Position numbers and translations under genes: made by a program. The notes beneath the pieces were generated by a model. The model ran no database searches. It saw nothing but the letters and a program-made list of their open reading frames with translations, and was not told the DNA's origin. A stretch of 64,000 bases of DNA from an uncultured Gammaproteobacteria bacterium (lineage in GTDB: Bacteria > Cyanobacteriota > Vampirovibrionia > LMEP-6097), in contig CAZFCF010000001.1 of assembly GCA_964517685.1 (NCBI GenBank), positions 345,458 through 409,457 of the forward strand, in the 5' to 3' direction. This document shows, in pieces, positions 18,603-27,283 of the stretch (positions within the stretch are counted from its first letter, which is position 1; every line of letters begins with the position of its first letter).

Positions 18603-20366
18603 CTATTCATCCAGCCACATTTGAATTTTCTTAGCCAGTAGATCTGGTTTAGAACTTGCGACCGATTGAAAATCATTTAGAAGGTTATCAAATTGCATTT
18701 GCTCTTTAGCTTCAGGGCTATCATTTTGTACATATGAAGTCGCCTCTGGTTTCTCATATGGATTAGCAAAATCACTCTTAGACGGGTTTTGATTCATCAT
18801 TTCGCGAAGTAAAGCTTCTTGCTGTTCAAGTGCCTTACCCTCTCCAAAATCCTCAAAATCATTACTAATATAATTTTCGTTGAGAACTTCGTCAAATTCA
18901 TTAGAAAGATTTGGATCGATCTCAGGATTATAATTTTTGTTTGCAGCAGCACTTAAGAAATTCAGTGAGATTATTGCCACCAGAAGTAAGCCAACAATAA
19001 TTCCTACTATTGTAAGCACCTTCATGATTACACTCCATACTCCACCTTTAAAGAAGCTTGAAACGTTTTGCCATATAGTAGCTTTCGCAGCAGCAGAAGC
19101 TGGAGAATCTTTTGAATGTAAATCTACTACAGTGATCTTGACATTTTCTGCAGTGATCTCTGGACCAACTACAGCAGCCACACTGTCTCTTAATTGTTGT
19201 AATGAAATCATCGCTGGAACTGCTTTATCTACAGCCAGAGCAACTGTTACGTCACGAATGCCACCAGGTAAGAAAGTAATATTTTTTTGTTCATAACTAG
19301 GGAGCATCGTCTCATTGATATTAGTTGCATTATAATTTTTTCCGCTATTAGAATTAGCGCTGCCATCTCCACCGCCACCTGCAGCATTAGCTTGAAGTTG
19401 TTCTGTGTTAGCTTGGCGTGAACCAACTGCACCTTCTGAGTATAGAGTTTGTTGTTGTTGTACTTTTTCTCTAGCAAGTGAAACACTGACACTGACTTCG
19501 TATTCAGGAGAACCAAGAATCACATCAAGATACTTAGTAACTCTCTTTTCAATAATTTTATTTAGTCTTTCAACTTCATCGATGTAATCATCAGTACCGC
19601 CTTCTTCTTCGGCTTTGAAGCTGCTGTAATTTCTACCTTGAGTATCAACTATAGAAATTCTCTCTTTCTTTAAATTAGGAATATATCCTCTTAGAATATT
19701 TACAATACTTTTTACTTGTGATTTAGTGATCTCATCACCATCATTCTGAAGTTCGATTTGCACAGTTGCAGTAGTATCTGCTTCTTCATCAGTAAAGATT
19801 TTTTGCTCTGGAACATTTACTCTAACTATTGCTGAACGTAAACCTTCTAATCTACTTATAATTCTAGAAAGGTCACCATTGATAGCTCTAGTGAGTTTGA
19901 TACGTTTGTCATAATCACTTGCAGCCCAATCACTGACATCGAAAAGACCATAGTCGTCATTTTCTAAAAGATTGGTTCTTGAGAGTGATAGGTAAGAACT
20001 TTCAATTGCATTTTCGTAAACCTGGACAACATACTCTCCTGGTTTTTCACTTGGTATAACTTTAGCTTCAATGTTTACTGATTTTAACTTGGCAACAATT
20101 TCAAAAGCTCTAGCTTGATCTATTTCTTGTACTAGAGGTACTAATTTACCTTTGTTTTCGGCATTATTGTTTTCTTTTTTTCCAGCAAAGAAAAAAATTG
20201 AAATTGCAATTATGACAACAACAGAAACACCGATAATTGCATAAAGTCTTTTTTGAGGGTCATTTAAAATTCCTTGAAAGAAATTAGCTGCGCCGCCTCC
20301 TGCATTGTTGGTTCCTTCACCAAAATCAATGTCATTATTATTTTCTGTAGTAACTTCTCCTGCCAT
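18603..20366 (-). CDS. fliF: MS-ring protein FliF (FliF/SctJ family)
   Basis: TM, AFEIVAKLKS, RAINGDLSRII, AIVRVNVP, ISIVDTQG, RBM3-like region, second TM, C-terminal PDLLAKKIQMWL. Confidence 0.9.
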   Translation of the reverse strand: MAGEVTTENNNDIDFGEGTNNAGGGAANFFQGILNDPQKRLYAIIGVSVVVIIAISIFFFAGKKENNNAENKGKLVPLVQEIDQARAFEIVAKLKSVNIEAKVIPSEKPGEYVVQVYENAIESSYLSLSRTNLLENDDYGLFDVSDWAASDYDKRIKLTRAINGDLSRIISRLEGLRSAIVRVNVPEQKIFTDEEADTTATVQIELQNDGDEITKSQVKSIVNILRGYIPNLKKERISIVDTQGRNYSSFKAEEEGGTDDYIDEVERLNKIIEKRVTKYLDVILGSPEYEVSVSVSLAREKVQQQQTLYSEGAVGSRQANTEQLQANAAGGGGDGSANSNSGKNYNATNINETMLPSYEQKNITFLPGGIRDVTVALAVDKAVPAMISLQQLRDSVAAVVGPEITAENVKITVVDLHSKDSPASAAAKATIWQNVSSFFKGGVWSVIMKVLTIVGIIVGLLLVAIISLNFLSAAANKNYNPEIDPNLSNEFDEVLNENYISNDFEDFGEGKALEQQEALLREMMNQNPSKSDFANPYEKPEATSYVQNDSPEAKEQMQFDNLLNDFQSVASSKPDLLAKKIQMWLDE

Positions 20367-20463
20367 CCAAGTATTTCTTAATCAAATTCTTTATTCCACT
20401 TTTGTTTACTTAGCCATTTATCCCCGTCGCTTATCGGCTAGGTTTTTTAGGTAAATGCGCAAA

Positions 20464-20811
20464 TTAAACTTGCATACTAGTTAATTTATCAAAGGCACCA
20501 ACTACTTTTTGGCTTACCGCTGTTATTAACTTAAATGCTACATCAGCCTTACCTAAAGCAATCATCACTTCGTGAATATCAACCTTACCTGTATGAACAG
20601 CTTGAATACTGAGGTCTTCAGGCTTGCCCATCACGCTGTTTGCTTGATTGACTAATTGTCCTAAAGTCCCACCGAAGCTGGTTCCTGCGACTCCCGAGCC
20701 AGAACTAATATAACCGCTTAAAGCCGGATGATTAGGGACTCCTGGGACTCCCGGTAATTTGCCATAGCCTGCAAGCATGGGCATAGATTGAAATTGTTGT
20801 GTATTTGCCAT
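20464..20811 (-). CDS. fliE: Flagellar hook-basal body protein FliE
   Basis: VDIHEVMIALGKADVAFKLITAVSQKVVGAFDKLTSMQV matches the FliE C-terminus; GGAG RBS. Confidence 0.9.
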   Translation of the reverse strand: MANTQQFQSMPMLAGYGKLPGVPGVPNHPALSGYISSGSGVAGTSFGGTLGQLVNQANSVMGKPEDLSIQAVHTGKVDIHEVMIALGKADVAFKLITAVSQKVVGAFDKLTSMQV

Positions 20812-20852
20812 TAATTCTCCAATGAAACTTGGATTAATAGAACTAAATCAGA

Positions 20853-20869
20853 CTTAAGAGCAGGTTAAG
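20853..20869 (-). promoter_or_regulatory. CTTAACC-N5-WTAA motif, copy 2
   Basis: Minus strand reads cttaacctgctcttaag, ~42 bp upstream of fliE. Confidence 0.6.
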
Positions 20870-21085
20870 AACTTTGAGGAATCTTTATTCGAACGTAGGC
20901 GAAAGCATAGAGCTTGCTCTTATGCTGAGCTGAGAGAGAACATAGTTTTGTGAAACAAAACTTTATCTTTAAACAAGATTCAAGCAAAAATGGCTAAAAA
21001 ATTACCTGTTATAATCTGAGAGTCTTTTAATTAGGGTCTTGGGCCATAGTTAAGGCACGGTGTATTTTATAAGGAGTTATATTCA

Positions 21086-21322
21086 ATGGCTGAAATGGAA
21101 ACTGTAGGTTTAGCAATAGGTGCTGGTATCGCTGCTCTCGGAGTAACAGGTCCTGCAATAGCAGTAGGTAATGTAGCGGCAAAAATGCTTGAAGGGTCTG
21201 CAAGACAACCTGAGCATACTGGTGCGCTTTTTACTAACGCAATTATATTTGCGGGTATGTCTGAAGCATTAGGGATTCTTGCATGGCTAGTTTCTTTCCT
21301 AATTTTTGGGAAAATCGCTTAG
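21086..21322 (+). CDS. atpE: F0 ATP synthase subunit c
   Basis: ARQPE loop, conserved Glu in SEAL; AAGGAG RBS. Confidence 0.95.
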   Translation: MAEMETVGLAIGAGIAALGVTGPAIAVGNVAAKMLEGSARQPEHTGALFTNAIIFAGMSEALGILAWLVSFLIFGKIA

Positions 21323-21342
21323 TTTATACTAAATAATCAACA

Positions 21343-21792
21343 ATGGCACTAAATTTTACTTTTGTAATTTTTACTATGAGCTTCATTATCTTTCTTGGGA
21401 TAATGAAGCTTGTTTTTTTTGATAAACTCAAAAAAGTCATTACGCACAGAGAGAAATTTATAGAAGCTAACTTAGAAGCGGCTCGTAAAGCTGCAAAGCA
21501 AGCTAATGCTGAGCTTAAAGATTCTAATTCTTCTGACATTTTAAGCAAAGCTAGAATTCAATCCCAAGAAATTATTTCTCAAGCAATTGAAATTGCTAAT
21601 TCTAAAAAACAATCTTTATTAGATGCATCGCACGAAGAAATTCAAAACAAAATTTCTAGCGAACTAAAAGATATTAACTCTGAAAAAGACGAACTAATGG
21701 CTTCATTAGGTAATCAAGTTCAAGAGATCGTAAAATTCACTCTTGATAAGTTCTACACAGAGCTTGGTGATAAAGAAACAGTAGCTGCATAA
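21343..21792 (+). CDS. F0 ATP synthase subunit b'
   Basis: N-terminal TM (LNFT...VFFDKL) plus coiled coil; operon position. Confidence 0.85.
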   Translation: MALNFTFVIFTMSFIIFLGIMKLVFFDKLKKVITHREKFIEANLEAARKAAKQANAELKDSNSSDILSKARIQSQEIISQAIEIANSKKQSLLDASHEEIQNKISSELKDINSEKDELMASLGNQVQEIVKFTLDKFYTELGDKETVAA

Positions 21793-21806
21793 AACAATAA
21801 AACGAA

Positions 21807-22301
21807 ATGGAAAACAATCAATTAATTCAACAAGTACTTGAAAGCAATCTAATCAATTTCACTATTGCTTTAATTATACTTGTAGTTTTCCTAGTTAAAT
21901 TCGTACCTAAATCAACTCAAGAGCGTAAGACAGAACTTGAACGTGAGATAGCGGCTGCAAAACAAGCCAAATTAGAAGCTGAGGAAAAGCTCAAAGAACT
22001 TGAACGTGAAATAGAAAGAGCTAAACAAGAATCAATTAAAATTGTTGAGAACGCGAAGATCAGTGGCGAAAAAATCAAAGAAGAAACTTTGGTTCAAGCT
22101 AAAAATGAAATAGAGAAATTAAACAAACAAGCTATTCATGAAATTGAACTACAAAAAACTTCAGCAATAGAAAATCTTAGAAAAGAAGTTGCACAGAAAG
22201 TTTATGAGCTTACTGAAAAAGCAATCTCTGAAAGAAGTTCAGATTTAAACAAATCTATTAACAGTAAAGTTATTAGAGACCTAGAAGGAGCAAAAAACTA
22301 A
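21807..22301 (+). CDS. atpF: F0 ATP synthase subunit b
   Basis: LESNLINF motif, TM, coiled coil. Confidence 0.9.
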   Translation: MENNQLIQQVLESNLINFTIALIILVVFLVKFVPKSTQERKTELEREIAAAKQAKLEAEEKLKELEREIERAKQESIKIVENAKISGEKIKEETLVQAKNEIEKLNKQAIHEIELQKTSAIENLRKEVAQKVYELTEKAISERSSDLNKSINSKVIRDLEGAKN

Positions 22302-22834
22302 TGATCAGCTCTAAAGATCTATTAATCATCAAAAAATACGCTGAAGCTCTCGCTAAAGTGAAACTTTCAGAAGGCATTATCACTCAATTAGAATTGCTCA
22401 AAAATCTTATTGAAGAGAATTCTGAATTCAGTTCCTTCCTGGCTAATCCAAGCATCAAAAAAGAAGTCAAGGCAGATCTTATTAGAAAAACTTTCTCTGC
22501 TACTTTCGATTCAGAACTAATTAACACTCTATTAGTGCTTTTAGAGAAGCGCAGAGTTAATCTTTTTAGTTCACTTGCTGATGCTTATAGAGAAATCTAC
22601 AATAAAGCTAATAATGTTTCTACTGCAGAAATAAGCGCTCCTCAAGAAATCAAAGATTCAGAACTGAATGCTATTAAAGATAGGCTTGAAAAGCTTTTCA
22701 ACAAAAATATCAACATCACGCAAACAATTGATAGTTCAATTAGCGCTGGTATGAAAATCAAAGTAGAGAATAAAGTTATTGATTCCACTTTAGAGAAGAA
22801 AATGCGTGATCTTAAAGAGCTTTTGAATATATAA
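22301..22834 (+). CDS. atpH: F1 ATP synthase subunit delta
   Basis: KKYAEAL, LLEKRR, IDSSISAGMKIKVENKVIDST. Confidence 0.92.
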   Translation: MISSKDLLIIKKYAEALAKVKLSEGIITQLELLKNLIEENSEFSSFLANPSIKKEVKADLIRKTFSATFDSELINTLLVLLEKRRVNLFSSLADAYREIYNKANNVSTAEISAPQEIKDSELNAIKDRLEKLFNKNINITQTIDSSISAGMKIKVENKVIDSTLEKKMRDLKELLNI

Positions 22835-22836
22835 CC

Positions 22837-23271
22837 ATGAGTACTGAAGGAAAAATTGCCATTGCTTCAGATCATGCAGCTTTTAAGCTCAAAGAATTTC
22901 TAAAAAAATATCTTCAAGAGAAAGGTTCGACAGTAGTCGATTTAGGTTGTGACTCTGAGGAATCAACCGACTATCCTATATATGCTCACAAATTAGCTCA
23001 GTACGTACAGACTGAGAATGCTCAAGGTATCTTATTATGCGGCAGCGGTATTGGCATGAGCATAGTTGCCAACCGCTATAAGGGTGTTAGAGCAGCACTT
23101 TGTACTAATACAGAATTTGCTAAATTATCTCGAGAACATAATAATGCCAATGTCTTAGTCTTAGCGGCACGCTTCACTGATGAAAGTACTGCCAAAGAAA
23201 TTCTTGAAACCTGGCTGGATACTGAGTTTGAAGGTGGTAGACACCAAAAACGTGTTGAACAAATAGATTAA
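22837..23271 (+). CDS. rpiB: Ribose-5-phosphate isomerase B
   Basis: SDHAA, CGSGIGMSIVAN, REHNNAN, FEGGRH. Confidence 0.96.
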   Translation: MSTEGKIAIASDHAAFKLKEFLKKYLQEKGSTVVDLGCDSEESTDYPIYAHKLAQYVQTENAQGILLCGSGIGMSIVANRYKGVRAALCTNTEFAKLSREHNNANVLVLAARFTDESTAKEILETWLDTEFEGGRHQKRVEQID

Positions 23272-23294
23272 GGGACTAAAATGTTAAGATCTAA

Positions 23295-23783
23295 GTGACA
23301 AGTCCATCAGAAATGAGAAATATACTATCAGTACTTGTTGAAAATGAAGCCGGAGTTCTTGCCAGAATCTCTGGTATGTTTAGCCGCCGTGGTTACAATA
23401 TTGAAAGTATTACGGTAGGTGAATCTGAAGTTCCAGGCTTAAGCCGTATGGTAATTGTTACTAATATTGAAGACGTTGAGCAGATTCAAAAACAATTACA
23501 TAAGCTCATTAACACTATTAAAGTTACTAACCTTTCTGATTTAAGCTATGTCGATAGAGAATTAGCTTTAATTAAAGTCTCTACCAAAATTAATCGCGGT
23601 GAGATTATTGAAATCGCTAGTCTTTTTAGAGCCCGCATTATTGATGTGGCTGATGACGCTCTAATTATAGAAGCCATTGGTGACAATGAAAAAATCAATG
23701 CACTCATTCAAATTTTAAAACCCTTCGGAATCAAAGAAGTTTCTAGAACTGGGACTATCGCGATGATTCGCGGCAAGAAGTAA
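23295..23783 (+). CDS. ilvN: Acetolactate synthase small subunit
   Basis: LVENEAGVLARISGMFSRRGYNIES, RELALIKV, RTG. Confidence 0.95.
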   Translation: MTSPSEMRNILSVLVENEAGVLARISGMFSRRGYNIESITVGESEVPGLSRMVIVTNIEDVEQIQKQLHKLINTIKVTNLSDLSYVDRELALIKVSTKINRGEIIEIASLFRARIIDVADDALIIEAIGDNEKINALIQILKPFGIKEVSRTGTIAMIRGKK

Positions 23784-23815
23784 TTTAAAACGCCGTCATT
23801 GCGTCAACTTAGGCT

Positions 23816-23918
23816 CAAATGCCGTCATCGCGAAGCCTCGAAGAGGCTGTGGCGATCCAGTCTACCAACTATTCCAATTGACTGGATCCCCAGCTTGCTA
23901 CGCAAGCCGAGGATGACG
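23816..23918. repeat. Family A inverted doublet (intergenic)
   Basis: caaatgccgtcatcgcgaagcctcgaagaggctgtggcgatccagtc...gactggatccccagcttgctacgcaagccgaggatgacg. Confidence 0.9.
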
Positions 23919-23922
23919 CCTA

Positions 23923-23939
23923 CTTAACCAAATTATAAC
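23923..23939 (+). promoter_or_regulatory. CTTAACC-N5-WTAA motif, copy 3
   Basis: cttaaccaaattataac, ~52 bp upstream of ORF 23991. Confidence 0.55.
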
Positions 23940-23990
23940 AATCATATGTATTCATACACTCCATAGAGGGGAAAGAGGAGTACTCAGAAT

Positions 23991-24608
23991 ATGGCAGACA
24001 GTAAAATTAATCCAGTATTGGAGCAAGTTGCATCAAGCAACAAGAAAGAACATGGCCTCAGAGATGAGAAAAAACAGGTCGCGAAACTAGAATCGCGCAT
24101 AAACTCTCTTTTACAACAAAAAGATTCTTTAGATCCTTCAGTAATCATGAGCCTTAGAGGCGAAGCTGCAATGCTTGATAAAACTGCAGATTACGCTGAT
24201 AAATTAGCTACGCTATCTGAAAAAAATGATCCAGATTTTAAGAAGAAAAATCTAGAGGAAGTCAGGGAACTTTTAAGTACACAACTTGGTATTCCAGCAG
24301 AGTTCGTAGATCAATTAAGTATTCTCGTTAAAGCTGGTCCAGAGGCACTAAGAGAAGCTGCAAATGTTTATAGAACTGAAGCTGCTAAAAAACGTGAACA
24401 TGCAGATTTACTCGGTACTCAACTTGAAAAAGTTGATAAAGAGATTAAAGAGCTTAATCACATAAAAGAGCAGCTATCTGATCAAAACGGTTCAGCTAGT
24501 AGTTCAATCAAAAATTTTCTTGCTGATCTTCGTTACAAAGAAGCTATCAGAGATAAGTCGGAGCAAGTACTTAAGGAGATGTTACAGCAAATAGAAGCTG
24601 GGGTGTAA
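23991..24608 (+). CDS. Hypothetical coiled-coil protein
   Basis: 205 aa, all-helical pattern, strong GAGGAG RBS. Confidence 0.8.
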   Translation: MADSKINPVLEQVASSNKKEHGLRDEKKQVAKLESRINSLLQQKDSLDPSVIMSLRGEAAMLDKTADYADKLATLSEKNDPDFKKKNLEEVRELLSTQLGIPAEFVDQLSILVKAGPEALREAANVYRTEAAKKREHADLLGTQLEKVDKEIKELNHIKEQLSDQNGSASSSIKNFLADLRYKEAIRDKSEQVLKEMLQQIEAGV

Positions 24609-24610
24609 TT

Positions 24611-24886
24611 ATGGGTGTCAATCCATCACTAGAATTAGCATATTCAGAATTCAAAACAGAGCTTTATGAGTCGCAGATGACTTCGCTTGAGAATTCAATG
24701 GACCAACTCATGCAGAACAATGAGGATGGTTCAGCAACAGCTCAAGTAGCACAACTTCGTTCACAAATTAATACAGTGAGAGGTTCAATAGGTTTTTGGA
24801 GAGGTGAAGCAAGTTATTGGAGACAAGAAATTAACGAAGGTAAGCTAGCAACTAAAGAGGGTAACAAACTAGCATCGTCATCATAA
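24611..24886 (+). CDS. Small helical protein, paralog 1
   Basis: 91 aa; YWRQEINEGK...KLA C-terminus shared with the next ORF. Confidence 0.75.
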   Translation: MGVNPSLELAYSEFKTELYESQMTSLENSMDQLMQNNEDGSATAQVAQLRSQINTVRGSIGFWRGEASYWRQEINEGKLATKEGNKLASSS

Positions 24887-24902
24887 GAGAGGACCAAATA
24901 CT

Positions 24903-25166
24903 ATGTCGTCAGTAAACACAACAGTAAAATTAGCCAGTGTAGTAAGTGATATAGATGCTCTACAGACAGCTGTCAGCGACGTTGAACGTCGTATGGATGC
25001 ATCTTTACTGGGAGCATCAACTGAGGATATTGGTGCATTAAGACTAGAATTAGAAAGATTAAAATCATCACTTGGTGAATCCAGAAACTCAGAAGCTTTT
25101 TGGAAACAGGAATTAAACGAAAGTAAAGAAGCAAGAAAAGCCCAAGGCGATATAGCAAGGGCATAG
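24903..25166 (+). CDS. Small helical protein, paralog 2
   Basis: 87 aa; FWKQELNESK...IA; GAGAGGA RBS. Confidence 0.75.
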   Translation: MSSVNTTVKLASVVSDIDALQTAVSDVERRMDASLLGASTEDIGALRLELERLKSSLGESRNSEAFWKQELNESKEARKAQGDIARA

Positions 25167-25198
25167 AGAATTCTTATACATGATATATTGCTTTTAGT

Positions 25199-26047
25199 AT
25201 GCTTCCAAAAGCAATAATCACCGGTGGTACAGGTTATATAGGTTCTAACTTACTAGAGAATTTAACAGAATTTGATATTACTGTTTGTGATAGAACTCTC
25301 AAAAGAGAGAATTTATCCAAGCCTGAATTATACAAATATATTCAAATTGATTTATGCCAAGAGTTCAAATCAAAAGAATTTGAGCAAGCTATTCTTGATT
25401 CACAAATAATTATTCATAGTAGTTTTTTAGGAAATTTTGCCAATGAAAAAAATTTTATTGACTATGTGGCAAAAAGAAATCCACAAATTAAATTTGTTTA
25501 TTTATCCAGCGCTGCAGTTTATGGTGATCTTGAAGCAGAGTATAAAGAAAATTCTCACGCTAGTTTTTCAGAAGGGTCTATCTGTAAACCAATCAATGAC
25601 TACGGTAGAACCAAGCTAGTTTGCGAAGATTTAGTAAAAAATACTTTTGCTAATTATCTCATTATACGAATTGCTAATCCCTTTGGCAAAGAAGTTTCTA
25701 ATAAAGGTATGTATAAACTTTTTAAAACTAAACTGGAAGCAGGTGAGCGTAAATTAGATCTCAATGCAGATTTTCCCGGACAAATTATCAGAGATTTTAT
25801 TTATATAGATGAGCTTTGCAAACAAGTTAGCAACTTGATTACTAACCAACAGACAGGTGTATTTAACATTAGTTCAGGCTCTGGTAGAACACTGGAAGAT
25901 TTAATTCAAGAACTTGCGCAAAGTTTAAATATCAATTACCAAGATATAGAACTTAATTATGCTGATCATAAAGTAGATGAAATTAAAGTATCTATATTGG
26001 GGTCGTACTTCAACAAGCAACAAAAATCAAATAAGCTTCTAGAATAA
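25199..26047 (+). CDS. NAD-dependent epimerase/dehydratase (C-terminus apparently replaced by MITE sequence)
   Basis: TGGTGYIG, SSAAVYG, YGRTK, RDFIYI. Confidence 0.88.
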   Translation: MLPKAIITGGTGYIGSNLLENLTEFDITVCDRTLKRENLSKPELYKYIQIDLCQEFKSKEFEQAILDSQIIIHSSFLGNFANEKNFIDYVAKRNPQIKFVYLSSAAVYGDLEAEYKENSHASFSEGSICKPINDYGRTKLVCEDLVKNTFANYLIIRIANPFGKEVSNKGMYKLFKTKLEAGERKLDLNADFPGQIIRDFIYIDELCKQVSNLITNQQTGVFNISSGSGRTLEDLIQELAQSLNINYQDIELNYADHKVDEIKVSILGSYFNKQQKSNKLLE

Positions 26048-26097
26048 AGTTAGAAGCGAAATTATATTAAATTTGTTGCTTGTTGAAGTACGACCCC
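25999..26097. mobile_element. 99-bp MITE-like element with perfect 26-bp TIRs starting GGGG
   Basis: ggggtcgtacttcaacaagcaacaaa (25999-26024) is the exact reverse complement of 26072-26097. Confidence 0.75.
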
Positions 26098-26098
26098 G

Positions 26099-27202
26099 TT
26101 AGAAAGCCTTATGTGGCTTACCTTCCAGGTAACTACTGTAAGTAATTTTCACAAACTTAGCTTTCTCTTGAAGTTCTTTTATATTACGGGCGCCACTATA
26201 GCTAAGACCACTTTTCAGTCCTTTGGTCATACGCGGAAGTATATGTCTAACACTACCTTTATATCTAACAGTAAGTGCCACGCCTTCTTCATTGATGTTC
26301 TCAATTCCAAAATCACTTTGTGCCATAGCTGATGCCATGCCTCTATAACTTTTGGTCATCTCTTCATTTTCATTACGCCAAACTTTTCCTGGAGTTTCTT
26401 TACAACCAGAGAACACTGAACCCATCATTACTGCATCAGCGCCAGCAGCAAGTGCTTTAGTAATATCGCCATAGACTTTGATACCACCATCAGCAATGAT
26501 AAAAATTTCTTTGCCGGGATTTGCTTTTAAGAAATCATCCTTAGCTTGCTTTGCTGCAATTACAGCAGAAAGCTGCGGGTAACCAGCTCCTGTTTTAACT
26601 CTGGTAGTACAGACAGAACCCGGTCCTATTCCGACTTTGATACAATCTGTGCCCCACTCAAAAAGTGCTTTAGCAGCTTCATAAGTTGCAACATTACCAG
26701 CAATGATTCCAATTTTACTGCCGTAAGTAGTTCTAAGATATTGAATTTTTTTCTTCACTAAAGCATGATGACCATGAGCAACATCTATACAAAAATGTTT
26801 AATGCCTACTTTAAAAGCTGCTTCAACTCTCTCTTGATCATGCACTCCGATTGAAACCACTAAGGGCTTCTCAGCTTCATTTTCTTCTTTAAAAAGTTCT
26901 CTATATTTATTGATCTCTTCAAGCAATTCTTCAATTGACATATAACGATGTAAGAAACCAGTGGCACCGTGTTTAGCCATAGTGAAAGCCATTTGATGCT
27001 CAGTAACTGTATCCATATTTGCAGAGATATAAGGAATCTCTAAAGGGAAATCACTAAGAATTTTTGTAGTAACTTTAACTTCCTCTCTATGCTCAACATC
27101 TGAGTATTGGGGGATGAGAAGCACGTCATCAAAAGTTAGGCCCTCTTCAAATTTAAAATTAAGATTCATAGTATTTTGTAAATAAGCAAACCAAATTATC
27201 AT
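26099..27202 (-). CDS. guaB: IMP dehydrogenase/GMP reductase family, CBS-less (likely start ATG 27169)
   Basis: LTFDDVLLIP, SANMDTVTE, GIGPGSVCTTR, IADGGI, YRGMAS. Confidence 0.88.
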   Translation of the reverse strand: MIIWFAYLQNTMNLNFKFEEGLTFDDVLLIPQYSDVEHREEVKVTTKILSDFPLEIPYISANMDTVTEHQMAFTMAKHGATGFLHRYMSIEELLEEINKYRELFKEENEAEKPLVVSIGVHDQERVEAAFKVGIKHFCIDVAHGHHALVKKKIQYLRTTYGSKIGIIAGNVATYEAAKALFEWGTDCIKVGIGPGSVCTTRVKTGAGYPQLSAVIAAKQAKDDFLKANPGKEIFIIADGGIKVYGDITKALAAGADAVMMGSVFSGCKETPGKVWRNENEEMTKSYRGMASAMAQSDFGIENINEEGVALTVRYKGSVRHILPRMTKGLKSGLSYSGARNIKELQEKAKFVKITYSSYLEGKPHKAF

Positions 27203-27283
27203 AGCCCGCGGCTATCCTTATAGTTATAAATTTCTATAAGGTTTAATAGAGATCTTGCAAAACTGTTTTCACACCGTCTTTCT

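Noticed and set aside
21086-21322. Na+-translocating or N-type ATPase
   Set aside because: The c subunit has E-A rather than the E-S/T Na+ signature; gene order fits an ordinary split F-type operon.
24611-24886. WXG100/type VII substrate (contains WRG)
   Set aside because: WxG is off-centre, absent from the paralog, and no FtsK/EssC ATPase is in the window.
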